From Nemertoderma westbladi (Eukaryota; Animalia; Xenacoelomorpha): a stretch of DNA of 56,675 nt. How positions within the stretch are numbered: the first letter of the stretch is position 1; each line of letters opens with the position of its first letter. The stretch is taken from positions 1 through 56,675 of the forward strand of contig JAUCBJ010005530.1 in NCBI GenBank assembly GCA_032718475.1, written 5' to 3'. A program made the position numbers and the translations under genes. The notes below the pieces were generated by a model. The model did not search any database. It saw only the letters and a list, made by a program, of their open reading frames with translations, and was not told the origin of the DNA. Below are positions 24,801 to 36,800 of this stretch, in pieces.

Positions 24801-27800
24801 CTGCGCGAAGGCCCCACGAACGTGTTATCAACTGCCTTCTGTCGACGGTCCGATGTCTACTATTTGAGGTCTGCTATTATGCTGTCGACTGCCTGCAGTT
24901 TGCGGTGTTACTCTGACGGCAGTCTTCTATCGACTGTCGGCTGTCTGCTTTCGACGGTCTGCTATCTGTGGTCGGCTACAGTCTGTGTGTCTGTACAGTC
25001 TGAGGTTTTCAAACTCGATTATAAAACTATAAATTTACAAAACACAATATATACACTCATAAATAGAGCAAATGCTTGGTCATTAATGCTAGGCACATTA
25101 AAATGTAAACATACATCGAATAGGTGTGATGTAAGAAAGTGAATTAGAAAGATAGTGCACTAGGGAGTCATTCGTGCAAAATAACTATATTAATAGTAAC
25201 ATTTATCATTTAATTATATTAGTTAAAGAAATACAGTAGGAAACAATTAATTAAAAATTTGATATTAAATTAAACCACTCAATTTCCTAAAATTAATTTA
25301 CTACTTATTGTTTTGCCGAGACGGGGGGGGGGGGGGGGGGGGGAAACTGGACGAAAAACCCGCCTTGGCGAATTAATATCCCGCCTCAATGTTAAATTAC
25401 TTAAATTCTCAATTTAGGGAAAGGAGCAGGTTACAGTGGCACGTTATTTTAACCAAAACAATAAACTAAACACAATAGAACTGGTTACAGTTTTATTTTT
25501 GAGAGTAATCAGCTATTATTTGCGTCCAATTTCCCCTGGAGAGGGATGCATTTTTACTTCGTCCAGTTTCCCCCCTATCTGGTTTTGCCATGTCGAGTCA
25601 ATTTGAAGACATTTTGCCAGATCAGCCAACAAGGAGTTGCTAGCAGTTGTAAGGCTCACTAATTTGGCGTATAATTAATAACACTTTTGAGTTTACTTCT
25701 GCTATTGAATTACGACAAATTTAGAGACAAAAATTGCATCCAGAAATGGTAACTTTGTCATGGCATCCATCCAAACTACTCAAATCAAATGCATGCAAAC
25801 AAATCTATAAATATAATGTCATATTCATAACAATATATGCATGGAATACTAAATATACACAGAATTTATCATACCCTGGAGGCATTCTTTTTATTTATTT
25901 TTTGTTCGAAGGAGTGGAATAACGTCATCACTAAAATATTGATATTGGAAATGAAAAATAAAAAGATATTGAAATCTACAATGCCGTTCAAAAAATATAG
26001 GCCTGAACAGATTACAATAATACGACCCGGAATGGTGGACTTCAGGCAGAAAATATTTTTATAACTTTATATACCTGCATGTCAAAATAACTTATCAACT
26101 ACAGTTGGATATATTTTGACCCTTTGAGAAGATATATTTTTCCACATCTCATATATTTTTTTATATTTTGCACGTGGTTACCATAGCAACCAATAATGTA
26201 ATTTTGCTGTGAAGTTTTTGATCGAAGTATTTTGTATGTTGGAAATAATTTCTGAAAACATGAATGTTCACACAGTTACCATAGCGACGTGTAGCTAAGA
26301 TTTAAAATGTAATTTCCCTGTTCATTTTAAAGTTAAAAACTATTCCACACTATTTTCAATAAGATTTTGTGACATAATGTGTATGAATTATTTCTTTATC
26401 ATGGATAAATACTTATCTTAGAAGTTGACGATACGGGTAGGCCTATTGATAAATTGTTTAATTTCAAATGTTATGATTAAATATCGACCGGCTTCGACCT
26501 CCAGGTCTCTTCAGCAGCACTACAATGCTTTATAACAACATTGCGGAGCCCAACATCAAAAGTATACCCTGCTAGCGGCAGTTGTAACATACATGGAGTT
26601 GGCAATGGTTTTGTGTCATCCTTATCATTTTATAAAATAAGAAGATTGCCTCACGGCGTATGATACATAATTTGTTCTATCATGACTGGGTAATAAACAA
26701 GGCGTACAATAAATACATAATATGTAGTAATACTATATAATAATCGTTCATATTTATTAACAAAATACTCAAAAATATAACGTATTTATTTATTAGAAAA
26801 AATGGACTCCAGCGCATGCGAAATCTTGCCACATTCCAACGCCCATATCTCTAAGAGACACTATATTATGCTAATTTGTTTTATATAAATAAATGTGTTA
26901 ACATCTACCATATATAAAAAAATATATAAAGAATAATGGATTAAATAAACTGACAACGAAAAAAATACGATACAGAATTATCGAAAGCGCATAAAATATA
27001 AAAATATTTTTTTAAGTGATTGATGAACGTCAGTTGGTTTTTATTTAATCGATTATTCTTAATTGCCTACAACTGGTTCTCACACCCTACAGTTATATTT
27101 TTTTGTTTTTTTAATTAATATTTATAAAAAAATATACATATTATATACATATGAACGCTAACATATTTCAATTCTTTACTATACTATACAATCAATTTAA
27201 CAAAATGTTAGCAGAATTTAATAATTATAGTAATTCTAAAAATCAGATTCCTGAAGATATAACGCAACTTTCATTACTTCCTCGTTCATTAGCCCAGCTG
27301 GTTTTCCATCGCCACATATACCTAGAATAAATGCTAGAAAAAAATTCAATAATTTCAGTGATATAATATTCGTTATTATTAAATGGTAGCATGACCTGAT
27401 AGTGGGCCTACAGTATAGTAAGTGTATAGTATAAATAAACTAAGTACCCGCCCTATATATTGTTCAATAAATTATAAAAAGTCAAGTAACAAGTAAAGTG
27501 GTTTTCGGCCGTTAGTCCAGGGGGACTGCAATTAATTTTAGTTAATACAATCGTTTACTTAATTAATTTAATTACAAATAAAAACTGTTGTGGTTAAACT
27601 CTAATGGAAAAATAGTATTATTTGTAGATTATAAATATATTAAATAAATGACTTTATTTCCCATTATCATAATATTTTTGCACAAGAGTTTAATAGAGTC
27701 ACAATTAAATACACTTCGTTAGTATTATTGCATTGTTATATATTACAATTCCCTTGATTTATTACCTTACCTGACTTTGTTTTATAAAGTATTCCTGAAC

Positions 27801-30800
27801 CAACATCTTTCTTCTTAAAGTATACACTGTTTTCGTCTCCTCTTAGATACATATATTTGTTCCCAGCGATAACTATTCCCTCTGCCTGAAATTTTTCTGC
27901 GCCCTTATCTTTCAGACATACGGCAATCTGTTTGGCTTCGGCCTCCGTTATCTGCATGAATGACAGATGTCTAGTAAAATAGTAATTATTTTTCGCCCTT
28001 ATTAGTCTCATATAAATTTATCAATATTACTATATTTATTTATGCTGCGCTATCGGTAGATTGAAATCGTTCTGGCGTTATGGTTTCGGGAGAATTCAAT
28101 TTATTTATGTTTGAAAACGACATTATGACATGTCTAAATGTCATAATATCGATTTGATGTTGGTATGCTACATAAAATGAAATAAGCAACGTATTGCGGC
28201 GAAGTAGAAGTAGTAGGCAGAGTGTGTGTTGTGAAACTATTTACAAATAATAATTCATAAATAATTTAGTAACAAAAATACTTTACGAGCCCCAAATGTC
28301 AGTTTTTGAAAATAAACGTTTTATTGAACTCTGTACAATTCTGTATATAAATTAAATAAAAAATTATCTTACTCAAATTTATCGCAACATTAGATGTAAT
28401 AATGTTTATATGCGGATACATGGGATATACTACTACTACTACCATGTCGAGCGAACTCGGACAGTGGAAATGAGATCCTTTCCATGAGTTGGTTGCCAGA
28501 AAAGTAGATCTGGTATGACCTCGTCTTTACTTCGCCAGCAGTGCCCACTGAATCTTAATCTGCGTTCACGGAGGGTGGTTGATACAGGTGGTATTGTACC
28601 ATAAAGCTCGGCGTTTGTCATGTGTTGTCTCCAGCTGATGTTTAGGGCTGCCCTTAGTAGTCTTGTGTAGCAACCATCAATTCGTTGTTTAAGTGATTTA
28701 GTCAGTGTCCAGGTCTCATCCCCATATAAAAATACACTTTCCACTGTGGCTCGAAAGAAGGCTCTGGAGAGTTCTGATTTTCAGATGGTATCCATTTTTG
28801 ATAGCCTTTGCTTTCCTAACTTATGTCCTTTTTGCTACTCTCTATCCATGATCCAAGGTACTGGAAGTCATCGACCTTCCTTGGTTGATTATTATCAATG
28901 GTTGTCAAGTTTCCATCAACATTAAAGGTCATGAATTTGGTCTTGGTAGCATTTATATGCAATCCAACCTCCTTAGTATTACCTTGCAGTACGCCAGCTA
29001 GGATTGAGAAAACTAGGATTGAGATCTTTGACTTAATTCCTTCAATCAGTCTCCATAGTGCAAATATCTGAGCTATTGTTGATCTATTTGGTCGAAATCC
29101 GTATCGGCTCTTATGCAGTAGTTTCTCTATGTGAGGCCTAATCCTATATAGAATCATTTTATTGTATATTTTTTCTCAGCTACCACAACCAGACAGATCC
29201 TACGATAGTTTGTTGGTATACCGAGGTCTTCTTTATTGGGGAGAGGCTTTAGTTTACCTTTAGTTCAAATTGGTGGTGGCTTTTTACCTTTTAACATCCG
29301 GTTCCAAACATTCAATAATGGTCTGTTTAGCACTCCTGTTTACCATACCTCCGCTGGGATTTCATCTAATCCACTCGCTTTATTATTGGACATGCTTTTA
29401 ATGCTTCTTTGGAGTTCGGCAGGTGTGAAGTCCCCTGTTTCTATAGGTAGTGTCTTGTCATATATTTTCCTTGTAGGGCTGACCTCGATGTTTGGTGGCT
29501 GCCCAAGCAAGTTGCTGAAGTGATTTTTCCACTTCCCAACACGTTCTTCAGGACTATCGGCTTTGAGGCGCCCCTTTGCATAACTTTTCCGACCAGATAC
29601 CACATTTACAGTTTGCCAGGTAAGTCTTAATTGTTGCTGTATGTGAGCAGTTGTAATTGCTTCAATTTTATCCTGTATGTACTTTTCCTGGCTGATGTTG
29701 TAGGCCAATTTAAGATCGTCCTTAGCTTTCTCGACCTTGTTAATGTTTTCGGTTGTTGGTTGTTCGGTTTTAACTATGTAGGCTATCTTAAGATCTTCTC
29801 TCTTACAAGTAACCTCAGAGTTTTGCCATGGCACATACTGTTTTCGTATGGGTTTCTGGGGGATTTGCCTCTTAGCTGATTCCTTGTGGGCTGTTATTAT
29901 ATTCTGGTATATTGAATCGGTGGACTGGTCTTCATCCACTGACTGAAGTACTTCAAAGCGGTTTTGAACTTCTACTGTATAAGCATCCTTTACTGCATTG
30001 TCAGTTCTGAGTTTCTCCCAGTCATAGTGGATTTGCTTGCTTGTCCTGGGTTTGCTGGCTCTCAAACTGAGTCTGATCTCTGCAGTCACAATTCTGTGGT
30101 CCGAACCAATTAGGTTGAACAAGCGAATCCATCTGTGCTTTGGTTCCATTAGGGTATTGAAAGGTTCATAGCTTCCCCTTGCTCTTTTCGAATGTGTTGT
30201 TTGTTGGTATCAATTCACATTCTTCCATTAGGTCTAAAAGTAAGTACCCATTTCTGTTAGAACTGGTGTTATAGGTGTAACCCTTGATGTCTTCTGGGCC
30301 AATTTGCGCATTCAGGTCACCAGCAAAAACATTGTGTTTCGGAATGTCCTTTATAAGTCCAGTCAGATCTTCACAAAACTTGACTGCTTGTTCTGGCTCT
30401 GAGGCATTGGTTGGATTGTAGCAACATATAACTGTTGCCTTGGGATTCCCATCAAATGTTGCGATCATAACCCTGAAATTTATAAATTCGATGTTGTTTA
30501 GGTTCATAAGTACAAATGGGCTTTGCAGAATTCCTACTCCACCAATTGATGCATTGGACGAGTTTCTTACTGCTGAGCTTGTTACTAACGTCCATCCATT
30601 TCCAATGTGATTGTACTTCATGGCAGTGTCTTCATGACAAATCCGATGTTCTTGGATGCAGATGATGTCGATGTTATATTCCATTGCCAGAGCGACATGG
30701 GACATAAACCAACATATAGACTGCAAATATTCGCTAAAAGCAAGATATCGTGGGATTTCAGGTCAAATGGTCGAAAGAGTCAAAGTGTCTAGAGTCGCAA

Positions 30801-33800
30801 ACGCTTTTCTAACCTAAATAATAAACGATGATGTTACCAATTTAGGGGAAGGAGTATAACTTCGACTCTTACGACCCTTTAAACAGAAAGGGATCGTGAT
30901 ATCTTGTTTTGTTTTACAATTAATTTATTCATCTGTATAGGCCTACTAACTCCGAATTCGTCCGACTTCCCCCATATACCTCCGCTGACTTTATCGAATA
31001 TCCCCGCCATATCAACATGTCCCGTCGCCTCCAGATTGTCCGTGTAAGATTTCCAACTCATGTTTACAATAAATTATACAAATATTTAAATAATATAATT
31101 TTATTATATTTAAAACGAAAAAAATGGCACAGTAACAGCGATAATGGTGGTAAATAAGTTGTTTATTTTTGATAGGATATTTCTGCTGATTCAATAATAA
31201 CTACATCCACCACCTATTTACACCATATTTCTGAACATTTGAACATTGCTAACTACACAGTTTATCATACTAACTAGTACACGGACTAGGCCTATGTGAA
31301 GTATACCAGATTTTTTGCTGTTATATTTCACTTTTCATTTTACCACCATGCGAAGAAAAAGGTTTTCACAATAAAATCCCAGGTTACGCAGAAGGGCTGA
31401 ATCTAACCCAAACTACAAACAAATTGGAATCTATACATGTTATAAGACAGAAATAAGCGCTATAAAACACTTAATAAAGATAAATTTAAAAATACAATTT
31501 CTTCATAGAAAATTACAATAAAATATCGACCGAAAAGTGAAAACCTGTTATCCTACACATGGTCGTTTTGTTAGGCCGATGAAAGAAGTTTGAGGTAGTT
31601 AGTAACTGGGGCTATGCTTGAGCATGTGGACCCCTTCTGTTACGTAATACGTAATACGTAAATCTTGACTTGAATAGGCTTTGCAGGATTTGGAAGTCGC
31701 ATAGAATTCATTGGAAACTTAAGCATATAAGCATGGTGGACAGCCCATGACTTTCTTGAGGGGCATCTTAAAGGACACTGGCCTTGAAGATGCGGATGAT
31801 CTAGCAAATGTCATGGGTGATAGGGAGTTGTGACGGCGCAATTTTGTCGACAAGCCGGCACAGCATTCTTAAAAATGCAGCTGCAAAGCAGCATGCCGAT
31901 CCTAGTAGTAACTGGGCCTAGACCCAGAATGTTTTGGATCGTTTGCGTTTGGCGTTTGAATGAATAATTATAAATGTAAATTAAGTTTATTGAAAGATTT
32001 ATAATAATATATTTCGTACCGAATGGCGATGCTATATCAGATACAGAATAAGTAGATATACAATTTAGTTAACATACCTACTGTATAACTACCATAGCTA
32101 CCATAACTACCATAGTTACCTACTGTATAACACTTTTACTTTATCGCCTTTGTACTGCCTGTACGTTCCGTGTAATTACAGTATATATTATATTCAGTTC
32201 ACGGTCAGTGTAATTATAGTATATAGTATATATTACTGTATATATATATATTGGATTTATTATATCGTTACTGGGTTATTACTGCTATACTGTACTATCC
32301 ATAGTCAGACTGCCCTAGTATCGCTATATCAATATTAATTGATACCGGGTTCGAGCCACAACAGGGTCGGTTAATATTTTTCGCTATGGAGAGCATTATC
32401 ATATTGTCCTATCTACATTATATATTTAATTCACCATCACTCACCCCACAACAATTCATTTAATATTAACATCGAAACATCATTAATCACATTTCTGTAT
32501 TTTTTCCACACTTTTTCACCCTTATTATTTGTTAATTTGAACGTTATAACGTACTTAATGTGTATCTGATGAAACACCGCCAGTCGGTAAGAAATATATT
32601 ATTACAATATTCTAGCAATAAACTTAATTACATTTATAATATTATGCATCAACCATATTAACTCATTTCAGTAGCACTATCTGCTGTAATTATTTATTTA
32701 CTTGTATTTATTTAGTTGTTAGTCGACTAAAATATATTTTATAAAATCTTTGTGGAAAACATTGTATTGTAAGGCTGAATTAATCACTAAATTACTGTTT
32801 CTGAAATAACAAAACTAGGTGTTGTTGAGTTTACAATATTTACGAATACAAATGTAATACCGGTAGTTATTAATACAGTAACAACTGCGATATTATTAGG
32901 AAATATTATAGTTGTAATAATAATAAATATTTGTAATAATATATTTGTAACGACTATCTTTAGCTACCTGTACAATACGATACCTGGATTGTCCTACTAG
33001 GAGATCTGTCCTTAACAACATTAATTTGTGACTTGTAAATTACCATTACTTGGTTTTATTGTCGCTTGGCAACTTACCTACCTTACATACTTTGCCAAAT
33101 TGTACCTTACATACTTAGCCAACTTACCTACCTTACATACTTTGCCAACTTACCTACACCATATACTGCGCGGGTAGTGCCTACTACACTGCAATAGCGC
33201 TCGCAGTGTTACTAATCCCTACGTCGCTTAAGAACAACTGATCAGGTCTTATTATATTAACGTTATTTCCCGCAATGGTTTTACTAAATTATAGAGATTA
33301 AATTGTTACACAACAAGAAACGTCAGGATACGCTAATAATATGGTACTATCAAATATCCAAGGGCTGCTGGTTCGAACTGAAGTTGCAAATTTATATTGA
33401 AATTATCTATATGAGGGTCAGAGTAAAACGCGGATCCGGATCCGGATTCTACATTTAACATTGTCCCTACGGAAGTCGATTTTTTTTACATTTTTGCAAC
33501 ACCCAAAAATAAAACTATAACCTGTTCTATTGACTTTAGTTTATTGTTTTGGTTAAAATAACGTGCCACTGTAACCTGCTCCTTTCCCTTATTTCATAAT
33601 TTTGGAATCCGGATCCGGATCCGCGTTTTACACCTACCCTCTATATGATCCGTTTCATTAACTTTCTCAGTTCGGAAACCAATTCATAACTAGCCATATT
33701 ATAATTATAATTGTTCGATGCGATGGCTTTCATATTTGATGCACGAATGCCCCAGAGTGCTGTAATCTGTTCTTGAGCATTTAGGCCTCTACTATGCACA

Positions 33801-36800
33801 AAAAAAACAATCGCCAGAGTCATGAAATCAGAGTGAAGTAATTTGATATGAATACACATTTACGAAACTTTTTACAACTATATAGAAACAAAAGTAATAA
33901 GTTATATTATTATGCTATTAATTACACCGGTATATGTAAGGTGTGCAGGCGCAGTGTAATGTCAAGTTGTATCAATAACCACATTCATCGAAATGTCCCC
34001 CCATCTGCGAAACGGCGTTATATAGAGTTCCGGCTTGTATTTCTTGTTCACATACACCGATAATTAAAACTGAAAAAGTAATAATATGAACGCGCTAGTA
34101 TTGCTAGTAATATCAACCGGCTAGTATTGCTAGTATTATCGACGCGCTAGTATTGCTAGTAATATCAACAGGCTAGTATTACTAGTATTATCAACGCGCT
34201 AGTATTGCTACAAATATCAACCGGCTAGTATTGCTAGTATTATCAACGCGCTAGTATTGCTACAAATATCAACCGGCTAGTATTGCTAGTATTATCAACG
34301 CGCTAGTATTGCTAGTAATATCAACAGGCTAGTATTGCTAGTATTATCGACGCGCTAGTATTGCTAGTAATATCAACCGGCTAGTTTTACTAGTATTATC
34401 AACGCGCTAGTATTGCTACAAATATCAACCGGTTAGTATTGCTAGTAATATCAACCGGCTAGTATTGTTAGTATTATCAACGCTCTAGTATTGCTAGTAA
34501 TATCAACCGGCTAGTATTGCTAGTATTATCAACGCGCTAGTATAGTAATATCAACCGGCTAGTATTGCTAGTATTATCAACGCGCTAGTATTGCTAGTAA
34601 TATCAACAGGCTAGTATTGCTAGTATTATCAACGCGCTGGTATTGCTAGTAATATCAACCGGCTAGTATTGCTAGTATTATCAACTCGATAGTATTGCTA
34701 GTAATATCAACTGGCTAGTATTGCTAGTAATATCAACTCGATAGAATTGCTAGTAATATCAACCGGCTAGTATTGCTAGTAATATCAACTCGATAGTATT
34801 GCTAGTAATATCAACTGGCTAGTATTGCTAGTAATATCAACTGGATAGTATTGCTAGTAATATCAACCGGCTAGCATTGCTAGTAATATCAACTGGATAG
34901 TATTGCTAGTAATATCAACCGGCTAGTATTGCTAGTAATCTCAACTGGATAGTATTGCTAGTAATATCAACCGGCTAGTATTGCAGGTAATATCAACCGG
35001 CTAGTATTGCTAGTAATATCAACCGGCTAGTATTGCTAGTAATATCAACTCGATAGTATTGCTAGTAATATCAACCGGCTAGTATTGCTAGTAATATCAA
35101 CCGGCTAGTATTGCTAGTAATATCAACCGGCTAGTATTGCTAGTAATATCAACTGGATAGTATTGCTAGTAAAATCAACCGGCTAGTATTGCTAGTAATA
35201 TCAACTCGATAGTATTGCTAGTAATATCAACTGGATAGTATTGCTAGTAATATCAACTCGATAGTATTGCTAGTAATATCAACTCGATAGTATTGCTAGT
35301 AATATCAACCGGATAGTATTGCTAGTAATATCAACTGGATAGTATTGCTAGTAATATCAACTCGCTAGTATTGCTAGTAATATCAACTCGATAGTATTGC
35401 TAGTAATATCAACCGGCTAGTATTGCTAGTAATATCAACTGGATAGTATTGCTAGTAATATCAACTGGATAGTATTGCTAGTAATATCAACCGGCTAGTA
35501 TTGCAGGTAATATCAACTGGATAGTATTGCTAGTAATATCAACTGGATAGTATTGCTAGTAATATCAACTCGATAGTATTGCTAGTAATATCAACTCGAT
35601 AGTATTGCTAGTAATATCAACCGGATAGTATTGCTACTAATATCAACTGGATAGTATTGCTAGTAATATCAACTCGCTAGTATTGCTAGTAATATCAACC
35701 GGCTAGTATTGCTAGTATTATCAACTCGATAGTATTGCTAGTAATATCAACTGGATAGTATTGCTAGTAATATCAACTGGATAGTATTGCTAGTAATATC
35801 AACCGGCTAGTATTGCAGGTAATATCAACTGGATAGTATTGCTAGTAATATCAACTGGATAGTATTGCTAGTAATATCAACTCGATAGTATTGCTAGTAA
35901 TATCAACTCGATAGTATTGCTAGTAATATCAACCGGATAGTATTGCTACTAATATCAACTGGATAGTATTGCTAGTAATATCAACTCGCTAGTATTGCTA
36001 GTAATATCAACCGGCTAGTATTGCTAGTATTATCAACTCGATAGTATTGCTAGTAATATCTACCGGCTAGTATTGCTAGTAATATCAACTCGATAGTATT
36101 GCTAGTAATATCAACCGGCTAGTATTGCTAGTAATATCAACTGGATAGTATTGCTAGTAATATCAACTCGATAGTATTGCTAGTAATATCAACCGGCTAG
36201 TATTGCTAGTATTATCAACTCGATAGTATTGCTAGTAATATCAACCGGCTAGTATTGCTAGTAATATCAACTCGATAGTATTGCTAGTAATATCAACCGG
36301 CTAGTATTGCTAGTAATATCAACTGGATAGTATTGCTAGTAATATCAACTGGATAGTATTGCTAGTAATATCAACCGGCTAGTATTGCAGGTAATATCAA
36401 CTGGATAGTATTGCTAGTAATATCAACTGGATAGTATTGCTAGTAATATCAACTCGATAGTATTGCTAGTAATATCAACCGGCTAGTATTGCTAGTAATA
36501 TCAACTGGATAGTATTGCTAGTAATATCAACTGGATAGTATTGCTAGTAATATCAACCGGCTAGTATTGCAGGTAATATCAACTGGATAGTATTGCTAGT
36601 AATATCAACTGGATAGTATTGCTAGTAATATCAACCGGCTAGTATTGCTAGTAATATCAACCGGCTAGTATTGCTAGTAATATCAACTGGATAGTATTGC
36701 TAGTAATATCAACCGGCTAGTATTGCTAGTAATATCAACCGGCTAGTATTGCTAGTAACATCAGATTTCCTATTTCCTATTTTATAATTTTATTCAGCAC

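Larger units (their letters stand above)
17416..24825. mobile_element. Head-to-tail dimer (~3.6-kb units, junction near 21210) of a non-autonomous Helentron/DINE-1-like composite element
   Basis: Near-identical units, a (TCTGTCGT)n microsatellite near the left end, subterminal inverted repeat GTGGGGC/GCCCCAC, terminal hairpin GGGCCT..AGGCCC, and a 72-bp duplicated head. The family assignment is inferred. Confidence 0.6.

Noticed and set aside
33641-33859. 72-aa minus ORF as profilin B exon 3 or a fourth gene
   Set aside because: No profilin similarity; the true exon 3 is 33972-34069
34084-36760. CRISPR-like array
   Set aside because: Contiguous tandem units with no unique spacers; eukaryotic context; no cas genes
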